A stretch of DNA of 64,000 bases from Malacoraja senta. Its lineage: Eukaryota. Within the stretch, counting starts at the first letter, position 1. Each line of letters starts with the position of its first letter. The stretch spans positions 22,322,001-22,386,000 of the forward strand of contig CM075987.1 in assembly GCA_038087875.1 (NCBI GenBank). The letters are read 5' to 3'. Below are positions 1-12,207 of the stretch, one piece after another. Made by a program: the position numbers and the translations under genes. The notes beneath the pieces are model-generated. The model was given only the letters and a program-made list of their open reading frames with translations. It did not search any database and was not told where the DNA came from.

Positions 1-306
1 TTTGTTATTGCTCCTGAACTGAGCAGATAGTTATGAGTCGACCACACTGGTGGGTCTGGACTCACAGTTAGTCCAGACTGGATAAGGACAGCAGGTTTCT
101 TTCCCTGAGGGATGTTCATGAACCAGATGGGTTTATACAACAATACGGTGGTTTCACCGCCACCATTATTGAGGCAAGCGTTTTGTTTGGATTTCAGATG
201 TATTTAATTATTTAACTTGAAACACCCAGCTGCCAAGATGGGATTTGAACTTATGTCCAGAGGTTTAACTGCTAGTCTAGTGACTTGACCATGCACCACT
301 GTGCCC
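1..306 (-). mobile_element. Old tRNA-derived SINE remnant (unclassified)
   Basis: Minus strand starts GGGCACAGTGGTGCATGG (A-box-like) and has GTTCAAATCCC (B-box-like); the body AACCCATCTGGTTCA...CAGGGAAAGAAACCTGC resembles elasmobranch SINE bodies. Confidence 0.5.
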
Positions 307-307
307 A

Positions 308-640
308 CTTGCATTTATGTGGTGCCATTCACAACTTCCAGATATCACAAAACATTAAAGATGACAATTTTCCATTGTAGATGTTTACACAGCAAGATCC
401 CAGGAGCAACCCCAAATAATCTGGTTGAGTGATTGAAAAAAGAAGCCAAATTAATTAGAAGGAATTCTACTCCTCTTACAATCATAATTCCATATCCCAA
501 CCAACAGGACTTCAGTTTGACCAGTGCAGCACTCCCTTAGTACTGCACTCTGGGTTTTGCACCAAGTCACCAGAATGGGATGAGCTCACAACCTTCTAAC
601 TCAAAGGGAAGAGCAGTACTAACTGAGTAATAACAATCTC
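308..640 (-). mobile_element. DeuSINE (SacSINE1/AmnSINE1-like) relic
   Basis: CAGTGCAGCACTCCCTTAGTACTGCAC (reverse of Deu-domain GTGCAGTACTGAGGGAGTGCTGCACTG) and TTGCATTTAT 3' end. Confidence 0.55.
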
Positions 641-1664
641 ATAACTTTAAAGGGTTCAGAATTAAATCTTTTCAGAAGTGACTCTGTAAACTGATGAAGT
701 ACACGTGATTCCAGTTATTTTATTATAGGTAAAAGCAGAGAGGTGTATTGCTAAAGATGTACAAATCACCAGTTGAACTATGAATCCAGCCTTGGGTACT
801 CTGAAAAGGGAGGAGTGGTCCCATTTACAGGCTACCTTTCCGGACATTCCAATGTGCTGCCAGCCAATTACTTTGTGAAGTAAAATCGCTGTGGTGCCTT
901 ACATCCAGAACCTCCAGGTACAGGAGGCAAGTGTGTAACTGACTGTGTCATAGTTGAAAATGTAATAGGAAGGATGTCAAGACCATAGAGAGAGTGGGAG
1001 AAAAAAGAGGTCTGAAATGCGAGGCTTTAATTATGAGCAGAAACTGTGACGCTTTTCATTAGTGCGGAGCGAGTTGAGAAAAGATTTGTCAGATGCTCAG
1101 ATTCAGGAGCAGTTTGAATAAGGTAAGTAAGAACTGTCTAATGTAATCCCACATCCCAGCTTCTTCCCATTAACCCTGCAAATTACTCCTCTTCAAATAC
1201 ATCTCCAATTTGTTTTAAAAGTTCCTATGGGCTCTGATTTGACTATTCTTTCAAATCATGCACATCATAGCAACTCTTTGTGCTAAAAAATATTTTGCCT
1301 ATAATTGTTTTATCAATTATTTTATCATTATCTCCTATAGTTACCAATGGAGTCACCTATAGAAACAGTCTCTCTGATTGCTCTAGCAAAATACTTCCTC
1401 ATTTTGAATACCCCAATTAAATTTTCCTTTAACCTTCTTTGCTCTAAGGAGAGCAATCACCGTTTATCCAGACTCTCCTTATCCTTGCTATCAACCAGGT
1501 AAACACTTCTGGGCCATTTCAAGTTCTTGACAGTGCGTCTAAAATATAACACCCCAGAATTGAACATTAAGTTCCTAACACTTCTAATAAATTATAATAA
1601 ATTTAAGTAAGTAAAAACAAAAACATGCACAATTTATTTTGAAGCTACTGTGATATTCTTCTGT

Positions 1665-2622
1665 TCAAGATTCAAGATTCAAGAGAGTTTATTGTCACGT
1701 GTCCCTGATAGGACAATGAAATTCTTGCTTTGCTTCAGCACAACAGAACATAGTAGGCATTGACTACAAAACAGATCAGTGTGTCCATATACATAGATAC
1801 ATAGAAAATAGGTGCAGGAGTAGGCCATACGGCCCTTCGAGCCTGCACCGCCATTCAATATGATCATGGCTGATCATCCAACTCAGTATCCCGTACCTGC
1901 CTTCTCTCCATACCCCCTGACCCCTTTAGCCACAAGGGCCACATCTAACTCCCTCTTAAATATAGCCAATGAACTGGCCTCAACTACCCTCTGTGGCAGA
2001 GAGTTCCAGAGATTCACCACTCTCTGTATGAAAAAGTTTTTTCTCATCTCGGTCTTAAAGGATATCCCCCTTATCCTTAAGCTGTGACCCCTTGTCCTGG
2101 ACTTCCCCAACATCGGGAACAATCTTCCTGCATCTAGCCTGTCCAACCCCATAAGAATTTTGTAAGTTTCTATAAGATCCCTTCTCAATCTCCTAAATTC
2201 TAGCGAGTATAAGCCGAGTCTATCCAGTCTTTCTTCATATGAAAGTCCTGACATCCCAGGAATCAGTCTGGTGAACCTTCTCTGCACTCCCTCTATGACT
2301 ATAATGTCCTTCCTCAGATTTGGAGACCAAAACTGTACGCAATAATAAGGTAATATACCATTATATACGTATGTACACACATGAATAAATAAACTGATAA
2401 AGTGCAAATAACAGATAATGGGCTATTAATGTTCAGAGTTTTGTCCGAGCCAAGTTTAATAGCCTGATGGCTGTGGGGAAGTAGCTATTCCTGAACCTGG
2501 TCATTGCAGTCTTCAGGCTCCTGTACCTTCTACCTGAAGGTAGCAGGGAGATGAGTGTGTGGTCAGGATGGTGTGGGTCCTTGATGATACTGCCAGCCTT
2601 TTTGAGGCAGCGACTGCGATAG
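1665..2622 (-). mobile_element. Rex1/Babar-type LINE 3' fragment, interrupted by a CR1
   Basis: C-terminal peptide SRCLKKAGSIIKDPHHP..LLPSGRRYRSLKT..TRFRNSYFPTAIRLLN; (TTCAAGA)n tail at 1665-1684. Confidence 0.75.
1790..2343 (-). mobile_element. Young CR1 LINE, 5'-truncated
   Basis: ORF2 C-terminus YCVQFWSPNLRKDI..EGVQRRFTRLIPG..RRLRRDLIETYKI..TRGHSLRI..FFIQRVVNLWNSLP; short TATG-containing tail. Confidence 0.95.
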
Positions 2623-2836
2623 ATTGCTTGAAACAGTGTCCCAGTGATCAGGGTGATCTTGGAATGGTGCCACACTAGGGCCTTATGTTGCTCCCTCTGC
2701 AACAAGGTAAGTGAATACAATGCTTGAATCACAATAACAAGAAAAGACTCCTCGTTTCTTGTAAGATGCCTGTATCCAGAAATGGAAAAAAGTCATAAAT
2801 AATTCTTACTGGCTTTGTAAAACAGGTTTTTACCCT

Positions 2837-4000
2837 AGACACAAGGAACAGTAGATGCTGGTGTGCAAAAAAAAAGACACAAAGTGCTGGAGTAACTCAG
2901 TGGGTCAGGCAGCATCTCTGGAGAGACATGGATAGATGACGTTTCGGATCGGGACCTTTCTTCAAATTGATTGTAGTAGGGGAGAGAAAGCTGGAAGAGA
3001 AATGAGGACAGGACAAAGCCAGGCAAATAATAGGTGAGGGGGATTTGAATGGCAGATAGGCAGACAAAAGTTAGACAATAGGTGCAGGAGTAGACCATTC
3101 GGCCCTTCGAGCCAGCACTGCCATTCAATGTGATCATGGTTGATCTTCCACAATCAGTACCCCGTTCCTGCCTTCTCCCCATATCCCCTGACTCTGCTAT
3201 CTTTAAGAGCCCTATCTAGCTCTCTCTTGAAAGTATCCAGAGAACCTGCCTCCACCGCCCTCTGAGGCAGAGAATTCCACAGACTCACAACTCTCTGTGT
3301 GAAAAAGTGTTTCCTCATCTCCGTTCTAAATGGCTTACCCTTATTCTTAAACTGTGGCCCTTGGTTCTGGACTCCCCCAACATCGGGAACATATTTCCCG
3401 CCTCTAGCATGTCCAAACCCTTAATAATCTTATAAAAGTTAGAGATAAAAAGAAGACAAAAGGATGCAAGATAGGGAGAGGAGGGGTGGAAAGTGAAACC
3501 AGAGGAAAGGATATAGGTGCAAGGGGACCCTGGGAAGGGGAAAGGTAAAGGGTGCCACGATAGTGGGAGAAATGGGTATGCTTCAAGGGGGGGGGGGCAT
3601 AGAAGAGAGATGGGGGTGGGGGGGGGAAGGGATTTGTTGGTTAGTTACCTAAAATTGGAGAATTCAATGTCCATACCGTTAGGTTGTAGGCTACCCAAAC
3701 GGAATATGAAGGGCTGTTCCTCCAGTCTATGTGGCGTCTTTCAGGCAATGGAGGAGGCCCAAGACAGAAGATGCTTCTTTTCACACTTCTCCTCTTTTTC
3801 ACATTCCACCCTTCTCTCTCCTTACCTCACATCCTTTTGTTTTCTTTTCATCTCCAGCCTTTGTCAACCGATCACCCAATCAAACCCCCTCACCTATATC
3901 TTCAGTCTAAAGAAAGGCCCCTACCTGAAATGTCACCTATCCATGTTCTCCAGAGATGCTGCCTAATCTGCCGAGTTACTCCAACACTTTGTGTCAGATA
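2837..4000. mobile_element. Penelope-like element remnant with inverted end copies, interrupted by a CR1
   Basis: PLE end repeat at 2837-2965 with an inverted copy at 3900-3995; 3645-3765 on minus encodes a degraded GIY-YIG C-terminus (LEEQPFIFRLGSLQPNGMDIEFSNF). Confidence 0.7.
3076..3433 (-). mobile_element. CR1 LINE 3' fragment (second subfamily) with 10-bp TSD
   Basis: CR1 3' end; AAAAGTTAGA at 3066-3075 and 3434-3443. Confidence 0.9.
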
Positions 4001-4279
4001 TTTATCCTGCTCGTTTTTCCTTTGCCAAGGAAGTTCAGCGATATCTTCATGATTCACAGTTTAGGCCCCAATTGGAGTGCTTTTGCTGGGCACTGCACTT
4101 CATGGAGGGTGTCAAGGGATGAGAAGGGAAGAGATCTACAAGCTTAAATCCTTTCAATTACTTGGAGGTGATACACCTTACAAAGTTTTAGGCTTTCCTT
4201 TCAACCTTCGGCTGTAAATTCTGTGATTGCCATGGCATGCATAACCCACAGAGTGAAATACACTTGTTAACGTCAAACG

Positions 4280-4720
4280 TGGAACAGAACTGCACAGGAA
4301 TAGGCCCTATGGCCTACCATGTCTGTGCTGATCATGATGCCAATTTAAACTGCACATGATCTCTTTACTTGCATTCCCTGCCTGTTCATGTGTTTGTCTA
4401 ATTACCGCTTAAACATTGCTATCGTTTCTGCTTCTACCACTCCCCCCGGCAGCACATTCCAGCCACTTACCACTCTGTACAAAAATACTTGCCTCATAAA
4501 TCTTCTTTAAACAATCCCCTTCTCACCTTCTTGCCGCACCTACCCTGTGAAAATGACTCTGACTCTCTACCCTATCTATGTCTATTTACTGCCATCAGGT
4601 TGCCCCTTAGTCTCTGGTGCTCCAGAGACAATAATCCAAATTTGTCCAACTCTCCTTATAGTTAATAGACTCTAATCCAAGCAACATCCCAGTGAACCCT
4701 TTCTACATCCTCCCCAAAGC
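4280..4720 (-). mobile_element. Old CR1 3' fragment
   Basis: Diverged similarity to CR1 ORF2 end and 3' UTR. Confidence 0.65.
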
Positions 4721-4904
4721 CTCCTTCTTCTAGTTTAGGATTTGGCCATTGACAACGGTTTCTCAGTAATAGAGGTTGTTGAGCAATTTCAATGTTCACT
4801 GTGGACAAATATATAAAAATTAGTCTCCTTGTTTGAATTGGTGTCGCCAATACGAATTAAGAGAATACTTAGAAGTTGAATCTCAGAATCTCTCACTTCC
4901 AACC

Positions 4905-5040
4905 TCCCAGGGGTTTCAGGGTTTATAGGGAGGAGAATGGGGTTAGGAGGGAGAGATAAATCAGCCATGATTGAATGGCGGAGTAGACCTGATGGGCCGA
5001 ATGGCCTAATTCTTCTCCTATCACTTATGACCTTATGACT
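4905..5040 (+). mobile_element. CR1 3' end
   Basis: GATAAATCAGCCATGATTGAATGGCGGAGTAGAC...GGGCCGAATGGCCTAATTCT; (TTATGAC)n tail. Confidence 0.8.
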
Positions 5041-6159
5041 CACACAAGTCGTCTATCCATGATTACCAATATGTTGAGGATATTTGTTTCACGCTTCACA
5101 TCTTTATCATTGGCTCATAGCCGAGATTAATCCTTAATCCCTGCAGACTCCGGGGATTACTGCAGAAATTTTCAAAGAGTAAAGGAAATGAAGGGGTGAA
5201 ATTAATAGGGAAATTGAGAAAGTGTAAAGAGAATTGAAAAATATTTTTAAGTAAAATAAACCCCCCAAAATGATTTAAACATTCTAGCCCTTTGTGTTAG
5301 AAGATAACTAAGTTATCTGAGCAGAGGATGTGCCTAAACATCTTGAAGAGTACTTTGTGGTCAATTTCACATCAGAGGTTTGATGCTGTTGTAACTACAG
5401 AGGACGGGTGTGAAATATTAAATGGCTTGGTAAGGAACTTTAATTAATTAGTCATCTTCGAAGTGGGTGAATGCCGAAGCCCAGGTGAAATATGTACCAC
5501 GATGTTAAAGAAGCAACAGCAAAATTGTAGGGAACCAGGTTCCTTTCTGTTTCCACCTATCACCCATCCTCCTTTGTATCCAAACCCCAGCTGTCTCCTC
5601 CCCGCCTTGCTCTGCCCTACCAATCCTCCCTCAGTCCTCCTCTGTCCACCTATCACTGACTGCCCCCTCTTTCATCCCTCCTCTTATTCTCATTTTACTA
5701 GCTATATTCCCTCTCCACTCACAGTCCTGCTGCAGGGAACCAGAATGTTATTAATTCCTTCCCAAAGGAGTAAGAGGTTGGGTAGTGCTTTTCTAAGTGG
5801 TGCAGACTCAAAGCAATAAATAACCTTCATCCACTGTAAAATGTTTGCAATCTTAGAGAATTGGTGACCAAGTATTAATATGGATATGGATATTAGTATG
5901 AATCACAACATTCATTACTGCCCTTCATTCAACTTTCAACTGTATCTAAATGTTCAAAATGCCAGTCTGATATCAAGTAGTGGTTGAGTTGGGTATGATG
6001 GCCTAAATCCTGAATTTCAGTCCCTCAGTTTTGCAATCACAATCTCTATCCTTCTCTCATTAATTGTCTTGAGACCGAACCTGACTTATTTACTATAGTA
6101 TCTAACCCTAGGTTGAGCTATGAGCACATAGTTGTGCACCAATGAAACCACATACTTAC

Positions 6160-6303
6160 ACCTCTATTAATCAGTTCTGGTGTAGTCCCAACTCTTTGTT
6201 GCTGAAACTCTTCCATGTCCTTTGTGCCTCTTGATGACAATTCCAAAGCATTCTTGATTGGCACCAATCCTCCATCTTTCGCAAATTTGACTTCATCCAA
6301 CAT
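6160..6303 (-). CDS. Candidate first coding exon of an unidentified gene (48 codons; exon 6160-6408 including 5' UTR)
   Basis: Non-repetitive; acceptor GTGTTTCAG| before 6408, ATG in AGGATGT at 6303, open frame MLDEVKFAKDGG...TPELINRG ending at a consensus phase-0 donor |GTAAGT; lies downstream of the CpG island. Confidence 0.45.
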
Positions 6304-6828
6304 CCTGATGTTTACCTATGCACCTATTTCCTCTGAGTTCACGGACCCACATTGCCATCGATTGAGCAACACTCCCATTTTGACTTTGTAACCCCCTCTT
6401 GCCCGCCACTGAAACACCTTAGGATGTTTTCCCACATTTATGATTCCAGAGAAATGTAAGATATCTTAAAGCTGTGTGCATGAGAGTGTAAGTGAAAATA
6501 GAACAGGAAGCCATTTAGCTCTTAGAACCCCTTCCAACATTCCATGAGTTCGAGGCTAATCTGTGATCTCACTCCATAATCTTAAAGACTTTGGCTACCA
6601 AAAATCTAACACTCTCAAATTTTGAGTACATATAAATTAACATAGCATCAACTGCAATTTATGGAAGAGAGTTGCAAATTTATACCATCCGTGTGAAAAA
6701 ATGTTGCCTAACCTTTCCTCAACGTTCTGGCTCTGGTCTTTAGGTTTTGGCATCCATCCTGGGCTTTCAAAGCAGTCGGGATCAATTCAAAAGAAAAACT
6801 CACTATACATCAAAGATATCATCTGATA

Positions 6829-7060
6829 GAGTCATCGGGTCACAGAGTGATACAGTGTGGAAACAGGCACTTCGGACCAACTTGCCCACACCAGCCAACA
6901 TGTCCCAGCTACACTAGTCCCACCTGCCTGCGCTTGGTCCATATCCCTCCAAACCTGTCCTATCCATGTACCTGTCTAACTGTTTCTTAAATGTTGGGAT
7001 AGTCCCTGCCTTAACGACCTCCTCTGGCAGCTTGTTCCATTCACCCGCCACCCTTTGTAT
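6829..7060 (-). mobile_element. CR1 3' fragment
   Basis: WNKLPEEVVKAGTIPTFKKQLDRYMDRTGLEGYGPSAGRWD. Confidence 0.85.
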
Positions 7061-7496
7061 CTGTTCTTTAAAATAACCCAGTTGGTGAGGCTTCACTTGC
7101 GGTATTATGTCGTTTTGGACACCCTGATATAGGAAAGATGCCATTAAGCTGGAAAGGGTGCAGAGATTTCCAAATATGTTGCCATGGCTCAAACACCTAA
7201 GCTATAGAAAGAGATTGTATAGGCTAGGACTTTATCCCTTGGTGCGCTGGAGACGTAAGGGTGATTTTAGAGAGGTGCTTAAAATAATGAGGGGAATAGA
7301 CAGGGTGAATGCATAGTATTTTTGTCATAGAATGGGGAAATTAAGAACTAGAGGACATAGGCATACGGTGAGAGAGGAAAGATTTAATAGAAACCGCAGG
7401 GCCATTTTTTTTCCAGTGGTGGATGTATGGAGCGAGCTGCCAGAGGAAGTAATTGATACGGATACAATAACAACATTTAAAAGACATTTGGACAAG

Positions 7497-7717
7497 TGAG
7501 TTTGTGCATTCTCCCCGTGACTGCGTGGGTTTTCTCCGGGTGCTCCGGTTTCCTCCCACACTCCAAAGACATACAGGTTTGTAGGTTAATTGGCTTTGGT
7601 AACATTTGTAAATTATCCTTAGTGTGTAGGATAGTGCTAGTGTTCAGGAATCGCTGGTTGGCATGGGCTCGGTGGGCCAAAGAGCCTGTTTCCGTGCTGT
7701 ATTTCTAAACTAAACTA
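7497..7717 (+). mobile_element. HE1-like (V-SINE) SINE, 5'-truncated
   Basis: TTCTCCCCGTGACTGCGTGGGTTTTCTCCGGGTGCTCCGGTTTCCTCCCACACTCCAAAGAC core; (CTAAA)n tail. Confidence 0.8.
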
Positions 7718-7772
7718 ACCTACATGGATTGGAAAGATTTAGAGGGATAAGGGCCAAACAAAGTAAATAGGA

Positions 7773-7865
7773 GGTAGACACAAAATACTGGAGAAACTCA
7801 GCGGGTGAGGCAGCATCTATGGAGAGAAGGAATGGGTGATGTTTCGGGTCGAGACCCTTCTTCAG
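7773..7865 (-). mobile_element. Short Penelope-like end unit with 13-bp TSD
   Basis: AAAGTAAATAGGA at 7760-7772 and 7866-7878; contains a hammerhead-like motif. Confidence 0.75.
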
Positions 7866-7958
7866 AAAGTAAATAGGATTTGTTTAGATGTGGCATGTCA
7901 GTCAAGTTGGGCTGTAAAGCCTCTTTCTATGCTGTATGAGACCGGATCTCAGTAATGT

Positions 7959-8083
7959 TTAAGAAGGAACTGCAGATGCTGGAAAATCGAAGGTAGACAA
8001 AAATGCTGGAGAAACTCAGCGGGTGAGGCAGCATCTATGGAGCGAAGGAAATTGGCGAAGTTTCGGGTCGAGACCCTTCTTCA
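7959..8083 (-). mobile_element. Short Penelope-like end unit with 14-bp TSD
   Basis: GATCTCAGTAATGT at 7945-7958 and 8084-8097. Confidence 0.8.
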
Positions 8084-8236
8084 GATCTCAGTAATGTGTA
8101 TTTTTTTTCCAAAAAAATCTAAATTCTCAGCCAATGGTGACTTAAATGTTTATAGGATTCAGCTCAGCAGCAAATCACTATTGTAATAAAACAAAAATGC
8201 TAGAAACTCTCAGACCAGGCAGCATCTGTGACCAGG

Positions 8237-8309
8237 GAACCAGTTAGGTGGTTGATGGTGAAATTTAGTTTCAATTAAAGTCAATTTATACTTTAACCCT
8301 GTTCCTTTC
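8237..8309 (+). repeat. 73-bp inverted duplication, left copy
   Basis: Reverse complement of 11894-11966 with 3 mismatches. Confidence 0.9.
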
Positions 8310-8849
8310 TACAATTAAGAATTTCATTGTTCTATCTGGGACATGTTAAAATAAAACATATTTGACAGTCGTTTCCAGCGTTGCGTTTTTATTTGGGACT
8401 CTCAACATCCAAAGCACTAGGCTTTCGCGCTTCCAACTTGTGCCAAATCTACAAACCCCAGCACATTACAGCAACACATTCAAACGCGTTTATTCCCCAG
8501 AGATAGGCTCAACATGCCGGAGTCACTCAACTACTCCAGCAATTTGTGTCTATCCTCGGTGTAAACCAGCATCTGCAGATCCTTCCTACACGTGTTTTTT
8601 TTTACACACCAGATGAGAAACAATTGCACAAGTGTGTATGAAGGAACTGCAGATGCTGATTTACACTACACTGCAGATGCCGATTTGCCCTGATTTGCAC
8701 ACACACAAAAAAAATGCTGGAGTAACTCAGCGGGACAGGCAGCATCTCCGGAGAGAAGGAATGGGCCGAGACCCTTCTTCTGAAGAAGCACCCATCCCTT
8801 CTCTCCAGAGATGCTGCCTGCCCCCTGGCCTGTGTGTCTTATCTAATTG

Positions 8850-9290
8850 CACAAGCATCTGACAGTGGAGCGGGTCCGTCTTCTCCTTCTCCTTCTCCTT
8901 CTCCTTCTCCTTCTCCGGTTCACGGTGGAAGCTTGCAGCCGCTCGATGCCCGGGTTAGCTGCAAAAATCCATCCGTTTTTTGGGGTGTTTTTTTTTTTTT
9001 TTGCAAAGCGGGTGGAAGGAGTTAAAGCGGGGCGAGGGGCTGCTCTTGCAGCCGGCAGGCAGGCAGCAGCTTCAGCGTCAGCAGCTTCTCCTCTCCTCCT
9101 CCCTCCCTCCTCCCCCGGGGAATAAAGGTCAGCGCGCGAATGATTAGTCAGAGCTCCGTTGCCCGGGCAACGCGCGTCACGTGCGCGGAGCGGGCACCCA
9201 TCCAACACAACAAAGAGCATGATTAGTCATGAGAGATGGAGGCCCAGGGCCTGGCGCGGCCCGGCCCGGCCGGCTGCGCTCACATATTAC
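8850..9290 (-). promoter_or_regulatory. CpG-island promoter / probable non-coding first exon
   Basis: Locally GC- and CpG-rich unique sequence; palindromic RFX X-box GTTGCCCGGGCAAC 9158-9171; E-box GTCACGTG 9176-9183; ATGATTAGTCA twice (9140-9150, 9219-9229); orientation is inferred. Confidence 0.6.
8880..8916. repeat. (CTTCTC)n microsatellite
   Basis: About 6 tandem hexamers. Confidence 0.95.
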
Positions 9291-11059
9291 TAAAAAAAAA
9301 AGGTAGAAGAATCGCTCCTACAACCCAGAATGTGCGCAGATATTTCAATGCACACTCTCCCATTATTATGTTGCAGAGTAACATCTAACCGCCCCCCCTG
9401 GGGGCTGCAGATAGGCACAAACAACTTTACTCCAGCGTTTTTGGTGGCTACCCCTCGGTGTAAAACTGGCACCTGCAGTTCCTTCCTACACCCTTGAGGG
9501 TGGCAGCAGATTTTGAGGCCGCGCGCATCAAGTTAGCGAGGATTTGCAGCCGAAATGCGTTGGAAGGAACTGGTTTACATCGAAGATAAAACACAAAAAT
9601 GCTGGAGTACCTCAGCGGGACAGGCGGTATCTCTTGGGAGGAGGGAGGAGGGAGGAGGGGGGGGGGGGGGGGGATGTGCGACGTTTTGGGTCGAGACCCT
9701 TCAGAAGAAGAAGGATCTTGACCCGCAAACGTCACCCATTCCTTCTCCCCCGAGATGCTGCCAGTCCTGCTGAATTACTCCAGCATTTTGTGTCTAGCAA
9801 GAATTTGCAGTACTGTCCTTAGTGCTGGAGACTGCCTTCCTTTATTTACTGCACTAGAGAGCATGGGACAGCTCATAGTCAGCCCATGGGTCTGCACATC
9901 TCTTGCAGGTTCGAGGATCTCTAGAAATTATCTGCAGAGTCTCCTCTCCCTATAACTCAGCCCCTCAAATCCTGGCAACATCCTCAAATATGTTGCCAAT
10001 ATTCAAATTATTTTAGTGAGCTTCTAATGATTTAGTACATTTTCATTGGTTTTCTTGTTTATTTTCCCTAATAGTTTAAGTAATGAATGAGTTTATTGGC
10101 CAAGTATGTACACATACAAGGAATTTGCCTTGGTGCTCCGCTCGCAAGTAACAACATGACATACAGTAAACAATTAAGAATAAAACATTATAGTTTTCAG
10201 ATGTCAGATGCTTTGGTGATTCTGTTAATTTGGTGAGTTCTGATGGTTTGTGTTATACCAGATGTAATGGTTAAGAATGTTTTCATCTACACTAATTTGA
10301 GTCTTTTGGATTGAGACAACCTTTTACCATTGCTTTGAGTGCTTTGACTTGCAGTGTTCTCACTTTAAAAAAATCTTTTGCGGCTTTGATGTGTTGTGGT
10401 TTAAATGGGTTGGTGTGATCTAAATGGTTTAGACGGTTTGTAGATTGAGTATTTTAAGGCTTCCCATATCCTAACACGCCTATTACTGTTTACCTTTATG
10501 CTTCAATTCTCATCTTTGTTTTCAACCTTTTGTGACTCTACATCTTTTGGTTCTCCAAGATAGCTGTGCTGCTCCAATTCTGTTCACTTTGCATCCTGGA
10601 ATTCAGTTATTCAGTTGTTGCCTTTAACTGCCTGGAACCCGAAAGACATTGCACCTCCTTATTGCAAACCCCAAAACCCCAGATCAGTCAGAAGAAGGAT
10701 CTCGACCCGAAACGTCACCTATTCCTTTGCTCCACAGATGCTGCCTCTCCCGCTGAGTTTCTCCAGCATTTTTGTCTACCTTCGATTTTTCTAGCATCTG
10801 TAGTTCTTTCTTAAGCACCTCCTTTATCCCTCCCCCCCCTTCTCCTTCTCTCCTCTCTGCCCTAACATCTTCTTGCTGACTTTGCATCAAATGGTATTGG
10901 TCACCATCCTGGAAAGTGCATTTGGACACAAAATACTGGAGTAACTCAGCAGGACGGGCAGCATCTCGGGATAGAAAGAATGGGTAACGTTTCAGGGTTG
11001 AGACCCTTCTGATGTTTAATATATTTTTTTGCATATTCATTTTCTGTACATCTCTGACA

Positions 11060-11345
11060 AACCCAGCAATTATTGCCCATCCCTCATTTTAAAGATGTGA
11101 GAAATGGTGGTAAGCCACCTTCTTGAGCCCCTTCTAATGGTAGTCCTAATATTGCTGAAGAACAGACAATATATTTGCAAATCAGGAAGGGAACCTACAG
11201 CTGATGTGCTCATATGTGGCGGCTGCCATTATCCTCCACGGTGATAGCGTTTGCAGGTTAGAGATGCATTTTTGAAGTAGCCTAGACAAGTAATTGAAGG
11301 GCATTTTATAAATAGCGCAGACTGCATCCACTACCAAAGATGCTA
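11060..11345 (-). mobile_element. Old CR1/L2-class LINE 3' end
   Basis: CAGCAATTATTGCCCATCCCT...GGTGGTAAGCCACCTTCTTGAGCC; same family at about 28795-28890, 29190-29400, 40600-40970, 44300-44850. Confidence 0.55.
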
Positions 11346-11893
11346 GTTGTTAGTATTTGGAATGGATTGGTCAGTTTGGAATTGTTCGCTTCTTTCCACA
11401 AACTGGACAATTTAACCGTTCAGGGTGTGTAATATTTATTTGTTTCTTGCGTGATATCTGCCTTTGCAACCTTGGAAAATGTGTTTTTTCCCCTAATTTG
11501 GTCTCTAGGGTGTTTGACAACCTTGTGTGCTTTAGTTAATCGGGATCTTCAGATATTTTGGTTGCCCTATAAGCTTGGATGGTTTAGGTAGCTCCGTTCT
11601 TCACAATCATTCTGCGATGTTATAGATGATTTAGGGGTTTGAATGGTTGAGGTAATTATGACAATGATTCCTTTAAAATAACTTCATTAATTTCAAAGGT
11701 AGACAATGTACAGGACGAAACCATGCAAAATCTTCTTTTCTCATTCTCTAAATGTACATTTATACCTAATGACCATGAAACAAAGCTGGATCTATGGATC
11801 TAGACTGCACATGCACAGCATTTAATTAATAGGTCATTGGAAATGACTTGTATTGTTAATATTTAAATTACCTAACTATTGTACATAGTCAGT

Positions 11894-11966
11894 GAAAGAA
11901 ACAGGGTTAAAGTATAAATTGACTTTAATTGAAACTAAATTTCATCATCAACCATCTAACTGGTTC
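11894..11966 (-). repeat. 73-bp inverted duplication, right copy
   Basis: Reverse complement of 8237-8309. Confidence 0.9.
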
Positions 11967-12207
11967 ATGACTACATCTGATTGAAATTAGCTATGCCTGG
12001 AACTGGGAGGTGTGGAGAAAGGAAATACCTTGATTACAAACCTCTTTTGACAATCTCGGGATGCACAAAAGTATTTGTCACTGTCGCAATATGAAAAAAT
12101 ACTGTAACCAATTTTCACACAAGATGGTTGAGTTTCTGATGAATGGTAACTATGATGAGAGCACTGGGGAAGATTTTCTTGCGCTTCTTTGAACTGGTCG
12201 CATTGTT

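Larger units (their letters stand above)
7075..7940 (+). mobile_element. Old CR1 fragment with nested SINE and Penelope-end insertions
   Basis: Degraded VRLHL.Y..FW.P.YRKDAIKLERVQR...RTRGHRHTVREERF. Confidence 0.75.

Noticed and set aside
662..847. Next exon of the minus-strand gene (TTTTCAG| near 801)
   Set aside because: No convincing donor, and the phase-0 continuation hits a stop after 25 codons with no recognisable peptide.
8843..9220. Poly-Arg / poly-Leu ORFs in the CpG island
   Set aside because: Caused by the (CTTCTC)n microsatellite and GC richness.
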